Below, piece by piece: positions 16,724 to 26,482 of a stretch of DNA of 64,000 nucleotides (positions are counted from its first letter, which is position 1; the number at the start of each line of letters is the position of its first letter). The notes under the pieces were generated by a model. That model saw nothing but the letters and a program-made list of their open reading frames with translations. It had not been told where the DNA came from and did no database searches. The stretch lies in the sequence record NC_041878.1. One strand, written 5' to 3'. The position numbers were made by a program, and so were the translations under genes.

Positions 16724-17716
16724 GTGAGTCCAAAAAAATTAAACTTAGATGATATTCAGGAAGATATCCTTGACGAATGTTTTGAAAAAGAAGAATTAAC
16801 TTTAGAATCACTTGTGGTAGATGATTCTGACGAGGATACAACTTCTGATGCTGATGATGTACATCACGGTTTAACAATGGATCAGATTAAAACACAAATT
16901 AAAGCTGACCAGTACATTAGCAACGAAGATCTAGTACGAAAAGTACAATCCGGCGTAGATGTAGAAGAATCAAAGAAACTACTTGTTATGTTCAACAGTG
17001 GTTTAGTGTACAACGAAGCGAAAAATTGTACTTGTAATATTCCATTCCAGGATAAAGTACAATATGGTTTCGAAGGTTTAATGAAAGCTATCTATGGTTT
17101 CAATACAACTTTCCGTACAATGTTTAGTACTTATGCAACAACTACGATCCGTCAACATATGTATCGTAACGGCAATAACGATGTTCGTATGGTAGCTCTA
17201 CCTGAACATCTGTCGGTTAACAACATTCGTATACAATCTTTTATCGAACGTTATATGAATGATAATACTGGCTATCCAACTAATGAGCAAATTGCTGAAA
17301 GTACTGGAATTGATATTCGTTCAGTAAAACGTATCATGAACTATAACAGTAATACTTTTAGTATTGATACGCCAATGAACAAAGGCGACGAAGGTTCAGA
17401 ACAAACACTAAAAGATATTATCCCTGGTGAAAGTGCTGATTATGTGGTTGATGAACGTTGTGTTGCAAAAGACTTTGTAAGTACAATGGAAGAAATCATG
17501 AATGAACTTGAAGAACATGAACGTGTTCTACTTGGATTAGTTCACGGTTTAGATGGTTATCGTATCCATACGTTTGATGAAATTATTAACACTGGATACA
17601 TTGATGGTAAAGGAAAGTTCGTAACTTCTAAAGCTACACTATCTCGTCGTTACAATGATATGATGGATAAAGTACGTCGTATTGTTGAACGTAAACAAAT
17701 CAACTTTGATCTTTAA
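16724..17716 (+). CDS. sigma70-family RNA polymerase sigma factor
   Basis: Region 2 (NSGLV..AK; YGFEGLMKAI; FSTYATTTIRQ), region 3 (PTNEQIAE; SIDTPM..TLKDII), region 4 (LEEHERVLLGLVHGLD..TFDEI); GTG start after GGAG. Confidence 0.9.
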   Translation: MSPKKLNLDDIQEDILDECFEKEELTLESLVVDDSDEDTTSDADDVHHGLTMDQIKTQIKADQYISNEDLVRKVQSGVDVEESKKLLVMFNSGLVYNEAKNCTCNIPFQDKVQYGFEGLMKAIYGFNTTFRTMFSTYATTTIRQHMYRNGNNDVRMVALPEHLSVNNIRIQSFIERYMNDNTGYPTNEQIAESTGIDIRSVKRIMNYNSNTFSIDTPMNKGDEGSEQTLKDIIPGESADYVVDERCVAKDFVSTMEEIMNELEEHERVLLGLVHGLDGYRIHTFDEIINTGYIDGKGKFVTSKATLSRRYNDMMDKVRRIVERKQINFDL

Positions 17717-17728
17717 AGGTACTATTTA

Positions 17729-18439
17729 ATGACACATAAAGATAAACGTTCAGTTAGTACTGATGCACTTGATACGCTCGGTACTATCCATACTCGCGAA
17801 GAACATCGGGATGCAATTCACTTAGGTGTAGAACCAGTTATTGCTGGTGAAGATATTGCTGTAGGTGCAAACATTGGTATTGGTAAAGATGGTTTTGCAT
17901 ATGCTACCGATTACCGTTCTGATATTAAAGCAGTTGGTATTGCAGATCCATTTCTTGCGAATCGTATTCAAAAAGGTGAATCTTTCTGGCTCGTAGTATA
18001 TCCACGTAAGATTACTTCGCTACGCCATGTTTGGACTCATCCTGATTTTGATTCTGAAGAAGATCAGAAAGTACTTGACATTGCAGAAGTCTCAAGCGAT
18101 GATTTAATGGTAGAGATCCAACGCCGTTTAGCTACTAATAACATTGTACAAACGGTTCAGGAGCCGCAGCAGAAAGCCGCTGACAGCGATGAAAAGGCTA
18201 AGGCATGGGCTTGGATTAACGAATACGCAGACGGCTTAGGGCTTGATACAGACGAACTGATGGACTACGCCGATATGTGGGTTTCCTCTGAACGTCGCGG
18301 AACCTGGGGTGATTACCTTTGCAAAGGTGGTGATCTCGAAGGTGAATATGTCTCTGACGAATTTTGGGATAACTACGATATTGTCCGTGATGAAAGTACT
18401 GATACCGAACGTGGTTCCTTCTTCACGTGTTCTTGTTAA
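17729..18439 (+). CDS. conserved phage hypothetical protein
   Basis: 236-aa ORF; RDAIH, GIADPFL, TSLRHVWTHP motifs; ends CSC. Confidence 0.85.
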   Translation: MTHKDKRSVSTDALDTLGTIHTREEHRDAIHLGVEPVIAGEDIAVGANIGIGKDGFAYATDYRSDIKAVGIADPFLANRIQKGESFWLVVYPRKITSLRHVWTHPDFDSEEDQKVLDIAEVSSDDLMVEIQRRLATNNIVQTVQEPQQKAADSDEKAKAWAWINEYADGLGLDTDELMDYADMWVSSERRGTWGDYLCKGGDLEGEYVSDEFWDNYDIVRDESTDTERGSFFTCSC

Positions 18440-18447
18440 GGTGTTAA

Positions 18448-18639
18448 ATGAAAGAAGAACACAAAGGAATCATTTCTGTTGGTAAAATTTTAAATCGTAA
18501 TCTGTTTGGTTTAAAAGGAAGTCGTCAGGGTTTTGGTAGTTTAGGTTTAGAGAATTTCAAAACTGAAACTATTGTTGATACTACAAAGATGACACCAGAA
18601 GAAAAGAAAGAATATTTGAAGAATTTCAACAAACAATAA
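18448..18639 (+). CDS. small hypothetical protein
   Basis: AAGGT RBS. Confidence 0.65.
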   Translation: MKEEHKGIISVGKILNRNLFGLKGSRQGFGSLGLENFKTETIVDTTKMTPEEKKEYLKNFNKQ

Positions 18640-18693
18640 TTCATAGGGTTGACTTCGGTCAGCCCTTTATTTTAATTAAATTTTATAATTATT

Positions 18694-19668
18694 ATGGTTG
18701 CTAAGTTAACACAAAAAGAAGTTGAAAAGAAAGTCCAAAATAAATGCAAAAAACTGAATTATAAAGTTGAAAAGTTTGTATATACAACTGCTAAAAAAAC
18801 TAAACTATTACTTACATGCGATAATGGACATACATGGAATAGTACTTCGGTTGAAAACTTTTTAAGACTTTCTACTGGATGCCCCAAATGCAGTGGTACT
18901 AAGAAGCTGTCTCAGACTGAAGCAGAAGAAAATGTCAAATTAAAATGTTTAGAACTTAACTATACATGTGAACCATTCGATTACATATCTTCTAGAAAAA
19001 CTTTATTGACACTGACTTGTAATAACGGGCATACATGGAATACTACTACATATCACAAATTACTACAGGCAAACATAAATTATGGTTGTTGTAAAAAATG
19101 TGGTTCAATGAAATCTTCTGAAAAAATGAGGTTTGATAAAAATGATGTTCTACAAAAAATTAATTTAAGGTGTAAAGAATTAAATTATAAATGTGGTGAA
19201 TTTGAATACATTAGTAGTGTTAAAACTAAACTTCCATTAACGTGCAATAAAGGACATTCATGGAATACTACTATTTGTAGAGATTTTTTAAATGGTTCAT
19301 TATGTCCTATATGTAAAGGGCATTCACAAAAGATTGCATACATTAATTTAATAAGTGATGGTGATATTTCTATAGGATTAAAATATGGAATTGAAAGCAC
19401 TAAAGGTAGGAGATGTAAACAACAAAATTACAGTAGTTCTTTTAACATAAAAAGGATCAAAAGTTTTGAATTCGAAACTGTCGATCTTTGCAAAAATGCC
19501 GAAAGCGAATGTAAAAAAATGTTCCAAGCAGAAAACATACGTCTTATTAAGAAAAAAGGAATTTTTACAAAAAAAGAATTACCTGATGGCTATACTGAAA
19601 CTACTTATATTAAAAATATAGACAAAATAATAGAAATTTATAAAAAATACGGCGGTGTTGAAATATGA
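18694..19668 (+). CDS. zinc-ribbon-repeat homing-endonuclease-like protein
   Basis: Three LTCxxGH(T/S)WxT..C(P/K)xC repeats; C-terminal YINL..KYGI resembles a GIY-YIG-like domain; very AT-rich codon usage. Confidence 0.7.
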   Translation: MVAKLTQKEVEKKVQNKCKKLNYKVEKFVYTTAKKTKLLLTCDNGHTWNSTSVENFLRLSTGCPKCSGTKKLSQTEAEENVKLKCLELNYTCEPFDYISSRKTLLTLTCNNGHTWNTTTYHKLLQANINYGCCKKCGSMKSSEKMRFDKNDVLQKINLRCKELNYKCGEFEYISSVKTKLPLTCNKGHSWNTTICRDFLNGSLCPICKGHSQKIAYINLISDGDISIGLKYGIESTKGRRCKQQNYSSSFNIKRIKSFEFETVDLCKNAESECKKMFQAENIRLIKKKGIFTKKELPDGYTETTYIKNIDKIIEIYKKYGGVEI

Positions 19669-19783
19669 AATACAGTTATGATTCATTGGATTTTAATAAC
19701 GACCTTAAAAATGTATGATAAAAATATTGACTTCGGTCAGCCCTTTTTGTTATAATGAACCTATCATATATAGAGATACAATT

Positions 19784-20080
19784 ATGTTAGATGAAATTTA
19801 TTTAAAACTGTTGAAGAATCCACAAAATGGATTAAACATTGATATTCATTTTCAAAATGGAAACAATGTTAATATTCTGTTTATCGATAACCTGTATCAT
19901 ATTTTCAGTACTAATGGTATTGTTATGTTGGATCATTGGTATAGCCGTCGATTATTGAATATCAAAAAACGATTAGAAAAACTTTATAATGAGTTTGGTG
20001 AATCGGGTGCAGTAATTACTAAAATCAATAATGATGTACTAGCCAGTTATTATCAAATAAAAGAACAAGTTGGAGTTTAA
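19784..20080 (+). CDS. hypothetical protein
   Basis: Downstream of promoter TTGACT 19727/TATAAT 19751. Confidence 0.7.
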   Translation: MLDEIYLKLLKNPQNGLNIDIHFQNGNNVNILFIDNLYHIFSTNGIVMLDHWYSRRLLNIKKRLEKLYNEFGESGAVITKINNDVLASYYQIKEQVGV

Positions 20081-20081
20081 T

Positions 20082-20255
20082 ATGAAAGATGAAAATGTTA
20101 AGAAAGGTTTAGTAGTTTCCTATAGTGTTGTTACTAAAATGAATCCTATTGAAACAAAAGTAGAGACGCTACTCTTTGAAGATATTGAAGAAGGTCGTGA
20201 GTTCGCAAAGAACCACACTACTATCAGTAAAGAAATTGTTCAGTTCGTTAAATGA
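20082..20255 (+). CDS. small hypothetical protein
   Basis: GGAG RBS. Confidence 0.65.
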   Translation: MKDENVKKGLVVSYSVVTKMNPIETKVETLLFEDIEEGREFAKNHTTISKEIVQFVK

Positions 20256-20320
20256 AAAAAGGGTTGACTTCGGTCAGCCCTTTTTTGTATAATACGGCAA
20301 TGAAATCAGGGAGTTCCACA

Positions 20321-20755
20321 ATGACACGTATTAATTTAGTTCCAGTACAAGAATTAGCCGATCAACATTTGATGGCCGAATATCGTGAATTGCCACGTGT
20401 GTTCGGTGCAGTTCAAAAGCATATTGATGCTGGTAAGAAAATTAAAGATTTTAAAATCAACCAAACTTATATTCTTGGTACTGGTCATGTAACATTCTTC
20501 TATGATAAATTGCTATTCTTATCTTTACGACATGAACAAATAGTACTTGAATGTTTAAAACGTGGAATAAAAATTAGTAATATCGATAAGTATGATGTTT
20601 CTAGTTTTCCTTCTGTGTGGTGTAATGATTATATTCCAACAGAAGCAGAAATAAGTATTTCACGTACTCGTTTGATTGAAAAGTTAAAAATTAAACCTTC
20701 TTGGTACAGGTTCAGTACTGATTCAGTTCCTAAGTATTTTGAAGAAATGCTATAA
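20321..20755 (+). CDS. denV: pyrimidine dimer DNA glycosylase (endonuclease V)
   Basis: [41 protein letters not shown] match the T4 DenV family. Confidence 0.95.
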   Translation: MTRINLVPVQELADQHLMAEYRELPRVFGAVQKHIDAGKKIKDFKINQTYILGTGHVTFFYDKLLFLSLRHEQIVLECLKRGIKISNIDKYDVSSFPSVWCNDYIPTEAEISISRTRLIEKLKIKPSWYRFSTDSVPKYFEEML

Positions 20756-20818
20756 CTTTGACTTTTTCTCAGCACTGTCTACTATATTAATTCCTTGCAG
20801 AAAAACAGTAGGTATATT

Positions 20819-21004
20819 ATGATAAGTCAATATCTAGTAGATCGCCTGAAAGAAAAAGGTTTTAAAATTGTCAGCCAGGATGATAGTGAAGTTGTGGTGA
20901 AAGGTACACTTCATGGTTCATCCGTAGGAAACTGGACAACTGAAGAAGACGTACCACTGTACAACGACCGTGAAATTCGTAAGTTTCTGGAAGTTCACGG
21001 ATAA
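20819..21004 (+). CDS. small hypothetical protein
   Basis: AGGT RBS before ATG 20819. Confidence 0.65.
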   Translation: MISQYLVDRLKEKGFKIVSQDDSEVVVKGTLHGSSVGNWTTEEDVPLYNDREIRKFLEVHG

Positions 21005-21078
21005 TTTTAAGAAAAGGGTTGACTTCGGTCAGCCCTTTTTGCTATACTCTCTGTACTGTATAGTCAGAGGAAAATAAG

Positions 21079-21474
21079 ATGATTAGTACTTCTATCAATC
21101 ATGAATCGGCAATGCGTGTTCACGGTGTATTGAAAGGTAAACCAAATCTATTCATCAACGAAGAATTGCTTTTTGAAATATCAGAAGCAACTAAAATTTT
21201 AATTGAGGCTTATGCGAATCGCAACAACTCGCGTAAAGAGTACGATTACTATATCAGTATGGTAGAAACTTATCTGGTAGATTATCATCGTACTACACCA
21301 GAAGCATTCGTACATTTCATTCGTTCGATCACCGATAATAACATTTGTATTCGGTACGATGATGTACCATATTTTCGTGAAATTGTTCGGATGTATGGTC
21401 CGTTAATTCGTTATGCTCGTTGTATCAAATGGGATGAATATGAAAGTTTTGAAATGGGAGTACTAGGAGCATGA
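21079..21474 (+). CDS. hypothetical protein
   Basis: GAGG RBS after terminator-promoter cassette. Confidence 0.8.
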   Translation: MISTSINHESAMRVHGVLKGKPNLFINEELLFEISEATKILIEAYANRNNSRKEYDYYISMVETYLVDYHRTTPEAFVHFIRSITDNNICIRYDDVPYFREIVRMYGPLIRYARCIKWDEYESFEMGVLGA

Positions 21475-21665
21475 CTTCATTTCGTCGATTTACTATAGCC
21501 TTTTGGGGCGGTCATGTTATCGGTGCAGTTGGGTTAATCGTTGGTATGATTCTGATGGTGCAACATCAAGATTTTACATACTTAATTGGTTCAGCGATAT
21601 GTGGATTGATTGTTGCATTCTCATACGTACAACTTATGTTTAAATTCGTAAAGGTGAAATCATGA
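21471..21665 (+). CDS. 2-TM membrane protein
   Basis: ATGA overlap; hydrophobic. Confidence 0.75.
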   Translation: MTSFRRFTIAFWGGHVIGAVGLIVGMILMVQHQDFTYLIGSAICGLIVAFSYVQLMFKFVKVKS

Positions 21666-21895
21666 TTTATCAATATGCTATCGTCGATGAAGAATCAGAA
21701 GAAGTAATTGGTAAGTATGTTAATACTGTTAAACCTTTTAAAATGCGTAACGTGATTTATACCCTGAAATCGCCCGATGGTGAAGTACTGTCACAAGGTA
21801 AAGCATTTCTTTCCAGGGCTGAAAAGTTTTGGGATCAGGTGAAAGATCCTCTGTACAGTGCGAATCAGAAAAACAATCTGATTATCGGTGGTTAA
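21662..21895 (+). CDS. hypothetical protein
   Basis: ATGA overlap. Confidence 0.75.
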   Translation: MIYQYAIVDEESEEVIGKYVNTVKPFKMRNVIYTLKSPDGEVLSQGKAFLSRAEKFWDQVKDPLYSANQKNNLIIGG

Positions 21896-21934
21896 TTAAA
21901 TGAAACCACGGATTTTTTTATGGTATAATCATAT

Positions 21935-22410
21935 AGACAATCCTGCTTGATAGGGAGAGAAATCTTCCTAATGATTGAATCCCTACTTCGATGAAAATGT
22001 AATTGGAGAGTTGAGAAGTTCAGGCAGTTCGGAGAGCAAAAGAAACCCGTTAGGAGATGGCATAGTTTGTACCACCCACGGCAATGCGGCTCTATAAAGA
22101 AGTACATCTAATCGTTACCAGTACTTCCTCGATAGACATATAAGTGCAACCTTACCAAAAACGATAAGGGAGAATATGCACCAATTTTGTACAATATAGA
22201 TCCGTCCAAAATTTGTGAATCATATTCAAGTACTTTGTTTGATTGTATAGACAAGTATTAAGTGAGCTAAGACCTCGACCGTTGTTAGAACTGAAATAGG
22301 AAGAAACAGGACAACCCGCTTCCGTGCTGAAAAGTAATTTTCAATACAATTGCCGACGACTATCATCGTCAGTTTTCATCCTCCTGCGGGGGGATGAAAT
22401 TGCCTCTACA
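21935..22410 (+). ncRNA. candidate structured non-coding RNA (about 470 nt)
   Basis: Downstream of ATGAAA-N18-TATAAT promoter (21900-21929); no plus-strand ORF; multiple stems; ends in 11-bp hairpin 22374-22399. Confidence 0.55.
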
Positions 22411-22569
22411 AATCTCGTCAGTAATAAATGTGTTGAACAGTACAACGATTGAATTTTAAATATGATTTTCTTGCAGCGAAGCGTAAGAAAATCCTTGACT
22501 TGCTTCAGCAAGGCGAGTACACTACTCGAATTGAAGCATAAACAAATCATAAAATATGAGGTACATCTG

Positions 22570-23373
22570 ATGGGTACAATCCTGATGAAAGCAGAACTGC
22601 AAGATGTTTCGGTTGATAATATTAAGCAGTACTGCTTCGATCATTTAAATGGTCGTGAAGTTGAATTCTTTGCAACTCGCCCACAATTGCGTGAAGCTTT
22701 GGTCAAAGCTGACATTAGTCCATCTTTGCAGCATAGCTTGAATAGTTATAAAACTCTCACACGTGATGAGTGTATTTCTATTTTGGAAAATAGCTCGCAA
22801 ATCTGGAATTCGATTGTAACTGATTACCAGTACGATCTCGATCTTCTGTATAAAGTTGCAAATAAAATCAATTTGTCATACGTGGATTGTCAGGAAAGTC
22901 TTGACGTTGCATTTGTTAAACAATACGCAGATTCAATGGACATTTCTGATTTTGTTTCTCGCCGTATTAATAACGGCACGATTGAACAATTCTTTGAAGT
23001 TCCACAAGTAATGAACCGTTATATGCGTACTGCGGTTCGTTGGAGCATTAGCCGTCCTGAACTGGTAAGTTTTATTGCTCGTCATAAAACTGATATTCAG
23101 CGTACAGAAATTGAAAAATTTGTTGATGAACTGTATAATAAGCCGGTTAGTGAAGAAACATTGACTGCTGCATATTCAGATCATCGCCGTGCTTCTCACA
23201 GTGTTGATACTGTAGTTAGCTACTTCAAACGTAATCGTACTAAAGTTGAATACGCTACGTGGGATGATTATGTACTGGATTGTCAACGTACTGGTGATGA
23301 TGGCCTGGCTGATTGCTGGTTCCGTGATTTCTTCCGTCCAGAAATTTGTGAGTACGCTGGCATCCAAATTTAA
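22570..23373 (+). CDS. helical-repeat protein, paralog family
   Basis: GAGGT RBS before ATG 22570; F(V/L)xKYxDx(L/I/M)D-type repeat. Confidence 0.85.
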   Translation: MGTILMKAELQDVSVDNIKQYCFDHLNGREVEFFATRPQLREALVKADISPSLQHSLNSYKTLTRDECISILENSSQIWNSIVTDYQYDLDLLYKVANKINLSYVDCQESLDVAFVKQYADSMDISDFVSRRINNGTIEQFFEVPQVMNRYMRTAVRWSISRPELVSFIARHKTDIQRTEIEKFVDELYNKPVSEETLTAAYSDHRRASHSVDTVVSYFKRNRTKVEYATWDDYVLDCQRTGDDGLADCWFRDFFRPEICEYAGIQI

Positions 23374-23442
23374 AAAATACATTGACGTGGCACATTTTTT
23401 GTGCCATAATATCGGTACTTTCTTAGAACAAGGCAAAAAAAC

Positions 23443-24453
23443 ATGTTAACCATTAAGTCCGAAAAAACTTCTCTCATGGATCTGAGCATCAATGAACTTT
23501 CAAATGTTGCATGGGAATATCTTGAAGTTGAAGAATTCGTTGATGATTTGAATAATCCGAACTTCCTCGCACGTATGATGTACGGCAAAAATAAAGAAGT
23601 ACTTGCATCTTTGACGAAGTGCGACAACTTCATTGCTTATGTACCAGAAGCATTTCTGGCGAAAATGATCGATGCCCGTAAAATTCAAACTGAACATTTT
23701 AAAATCGGTTCATCGATGTTCTATGATGGAAAACAATACTCAATCGAATTTCTCAATAAGTACGGTGCACACATTGACATGTACCATGTTGAAAATCAGA
23801 AAAGTATTACTCCTGAATTCCTTGAGAAATACCATGATGAAATCGATGTAAGTTCATTCTGGTCACGTTTTGATCGTACCTTTGGTATCGAAAATTTGAA
23901 ACATTTCGCTACTTATAAAAATGGTATGTTCCTTGAAGAAATTCAAGAATCTGAAGCAATTCGTTATTTGACTATTAGCGATCTCGAAAGTCTCGATATG
24001 CCAGTACCGGATTATTACCATAACGTAATGACTGAACAGCGTGTCATGAGTGGTGATCCATGTAATGATGGTCAACGTTCATTCAGTATTTGGTTGCGTA
24101 AGTATCGCCGTGTTTCAAATAATCCAACTGGATTCCCAACATGGAATGATCTTCTGGAACTTTATAAAAAGTACCCACGAATGAATCAGCACAACTATGT
24201 TGATTGGCTTCATGATCGTGCAGTAACTAATCGCGAAGATTACGTTAACGAATATCCAGAACATTTGTCCTATTCACCAAGTAATATTTCGTTCGGTGAG
24301 TATCGTGATATTGCGGGTGAAGATCATAAAGAAGAAGATTATGCCATTGAGTTTTCTGACGTACTTCAACCGGAAATTACACCGGATGTACAAGTTGCTC
24401 GCCGTGTTCCTGCACGTGATCCGGTAACTGGTCGCTTTGTTTCAGCAAACTAA
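23443..24453 (+). CDS. helical-repeat protein with C-terminal CxxG...TWxD...WL domain
   Basis: EFLNKYGAHID / EFLEKYHDEID repeats; GDPCNDG. Confidence 0.85.
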   Translation: MLTIKSEKTSLMDLSINELSNVAWEYLEVEEFVDDLNNPNFLARMMYGKNKEVLASLTKCDNFIAYVPEAFLAKMIDARKIQTEHFKIGSSMFYDGKQYSIEFLNKYGAHIDMYHVENQKSITPEFLEKYHDEIDVSSFWSRFDRTFGIENLKHFATYKNGMFLEEIQESEAIRYLTISDLESLDMPVPDYYHNVMTEQRVMSGDPCNDGQRSFSIWLRKYRRVSNNPTGFPTWNDLLELYKKYPRMNQHNYVDWLHDRAVTNREDYVNEYPEHLSYSPSNISFGEYRDIAGEDHKEEDYAIEFSDVLQPEITPDVQVARRVPARDPVTGRFVSAN

Positions 24454-24519
24454 AAAACTAACTTAGTACTATATAATGCCAAACATCGTGTTTGGCATTT
24501 TTTATTAAAAGGTATTTGT

Positions 24520-25044
24520 ATGTCAACAATTACAGCAACAAAACATGTTTCAATCGATACACTCAGTGAATTACTGAATGCAATCAAAACTTATGGTAAA
24601 GATAAGGTAAGTGCTGATAATATGTATGAACTGTTTCGTGCAAGCATTAACAACATTAACACTGCCGAATGGTATGAACTAATTGAAATCGGTAGCGATG
24701 ATTTAGTTGCCAGTACTATCAGTGAACTCTTTGCACATAATCATTTCCGTACACCATTCGTAAATGCTTTTGGTGTAACTGAAGAAGAATTTACTTCTCG
24801 TCTAATCAATATTGCATTAGAACGTGATCTACATTTGTCTCGTGTTCCACCTTGCACTACAATTGAACAGCTTAATGATTTGGCTGAGCGTGACTTAGTA
24901 TCTTTGTATTTTGTTGAACATGTTGAATCAATTGATCTTGACTTTGTTCGCAAATATGCTGATGGTCTAGATTTGGGTGCTGTTGCTCGCCATTCTAATA
25001 AGCAAGATGTACGTGAATTTGCACAAGAACTATATTACAATTAA
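24520..25044 (+). CDS. helical-repeat protein, paralog family
   Basis: DFVRKYADGLD motif. Confidence 0.85.
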   Translation: MSTITATKHVSIDTLSELLNAIKTYGKDKVSADNMYELFRASINNINTAEWYELIEIGSDDLVASTISELFAHNHFRTPFVNAFGVTEEEFTSRLINIALERDLHLSRVPPCTTIEQLNDLAERDLVSLYFVEHVESIDLDFVRKYADGLDLGAVARHSNKQDVREFAQELYYN

Positions 25045-25053
25045 GGATTACTG

Positions 25054-25848
25054 ATGTATATTGAAATTACACACGATTACGATGTTAAAGAAGTTGCAAA
25101 GGATATTCGTAGTTTCTGCTTCCGTGATGATATTACAGTAAAAGATTTCATTGCTTTAGTGGAAGAACTGGAACCAGAACGTTATCTTGAATTGTTTTAT
25201 CGCAATGTTCTTGAGAATGTTAAAGGTGAGCTTCCAGATGATTTGGTTGAACTACTACTAACGTCACAACTTACTGTGGGTCATATTATTGGTTCATGTA
25301 AAGTATCCGATGCTATGGTTCAAAACATCATTGATAACCGTCTACGTGAAGTTGATAGCGAAAAACTTATCAGTACTCAAAATCTAACTTTCGAACAGTT
25401 TGAAACTGTTCTCAAAAATGGTTCAGACATTTATACTAGTTCACTTGGTTCTATGCTTGGTGATCTACGTAATGTAGAATATGCATTGTATGTAATTGAT
25501 AATTGGGATCAAATTCCATCTATTGCAGATGAAGATATTGCTGAATTCCGTTATTATCTTTTCAATGGCTTTGGTTCAGTACTGCTTTCTGATGAAGAAT
25601 GTCTGAAACTATTTGGATTTGTGCGTCCAGCATTTAGCTCCGAAGAACTTCGTGAACATGAACCATGTACAGAAGGCTGGAAACGTGCATACAAATGGGC
25701 TGGTCGTAGTGATACGAAGTACACATGGAACGAATTTATCGCCCGTCATATTCTTGCGAACCAGAATAACGTTGAAGGTGCAAAATCAGATCTAGAGTGG
25801 TTAGCTGAATCTTTATCTGATGAGCAGGATTATTTTGATCACTGGTAA
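25054..25848 (+). CDS. helical protein with C-terminal CxxG...TWxE...WL domain
   Basis: HEPCTEGW...YTWNEF...LEWL. Confidence 0.85.
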   Translation: MYIEITHDYDVKEVAKDIRSFCFRDDITVKDFIALVEELEPERYLELFYRNVLENVKGELPDDLVELLLTSQLTVGHIIGSCKVSDAMVQNIIDNRLREVDSEKLISTQNLTFEQFETVLKNGSDIYTSSLGSMLGDLRNVEYALYVIDNWDQIPSIADEDIAEFRYYLFNGFGSVLLSDEECLKLFGFVRPAFSSEELREHEPCTEGWKRAYKWAGRSDTKYTWNEFIARHILANQNNVEGAKSDLEWLAESLSDEQDYFDHW

Positions 25849-25914
25849 AAGTACTTGACTTAGGTCATAAGATTTGATAGACTGGATTCCTATAATTGAA
25901 AGGAGTCCAGTTTA

Positions 25915-26481
25915 ATGTTTAAGTTAGATAATGTGTACAAAAACACATGTTGTATGTGTTGTGGTATTCCACAGGAAAGTCCACGTTTTTTTGTAAAAGA
26001 AGATGGAACTAAAGTTCGTGTAACAGTAGATCATGTTCTTTTGCGTTCACTTGATGGACCAAATACAGCAGACAACTTAGTACTTATGTGTCATGATTGT
26101 AATCAGATGCGTGGTAACTTGTTCGCTGAACTTTCGGAATTCATTGATTGGTACTGGAGCGATACTCCTTTGCCTAAAGAAAAGAACTTTTCATATTTGC
26201 GTGGTAAACATCGTGTGAATAGTAAGTTCGATAGGTATACGTTTAAAGGTAATAACTTTGTAAAATCATCTACTCGTATCTTAGATGAAAATGATAATAC
26301 TATTCGTATACAACAAAAGAATATAAATTCTAAACAAGTAATTCCAGTACTTAAACCAAAATCATCTTCGTCAGTTCTTATAGGAACGATTGAACTCAAT
26401 GGTTATGTGTACGAACAATATAAACATCCTTTATTCGGAACAAGTCTGGTGAAAGTAGAATCTCACCAACAGGAACAATAA
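25915..26481 (+). CDS. HNH endonuclease
   Basis: CxxC...VDHVLLRSLDGPNTADNLVLMCHDCN. Confidence 0.9.
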   Translation: MFKLDNVYKNTCCMCCGIPQESPRFFVKEDGTKVRVTVDHVLLRSLDGPNTADNLVLMCHDCNQMRGNLFAELSEFIDWYWSDTPLPKEKNFSYLRGKHRVNSKFDRYTFKGNNFVKSSTRILDENDNTIRIQQKNINSKQVIPVLKPKSSSSVLIGTIELNGYVYEQYKHPLFGTSLVKVESHQQEQ

Positions 26482-26482
26482 T

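Noticed and set aside
15185-22410. Identifying the two long ncRNA candidates as tmRNA, RNase P RNA, or group I/II introns
   Set aside because: No tRNA-like GGGGC..TCCACCA ends, no GAGGAAAGUCC P4 motif, no domain V or GUGYG boundary, and no interrupted flanking exon.
22462-22569. N-terminal extension of the ORF at 22462
   Set aside because: It spans the gene's own promoter (TTGACT about 22495); the GAGGT RBS supports ATG 22570.
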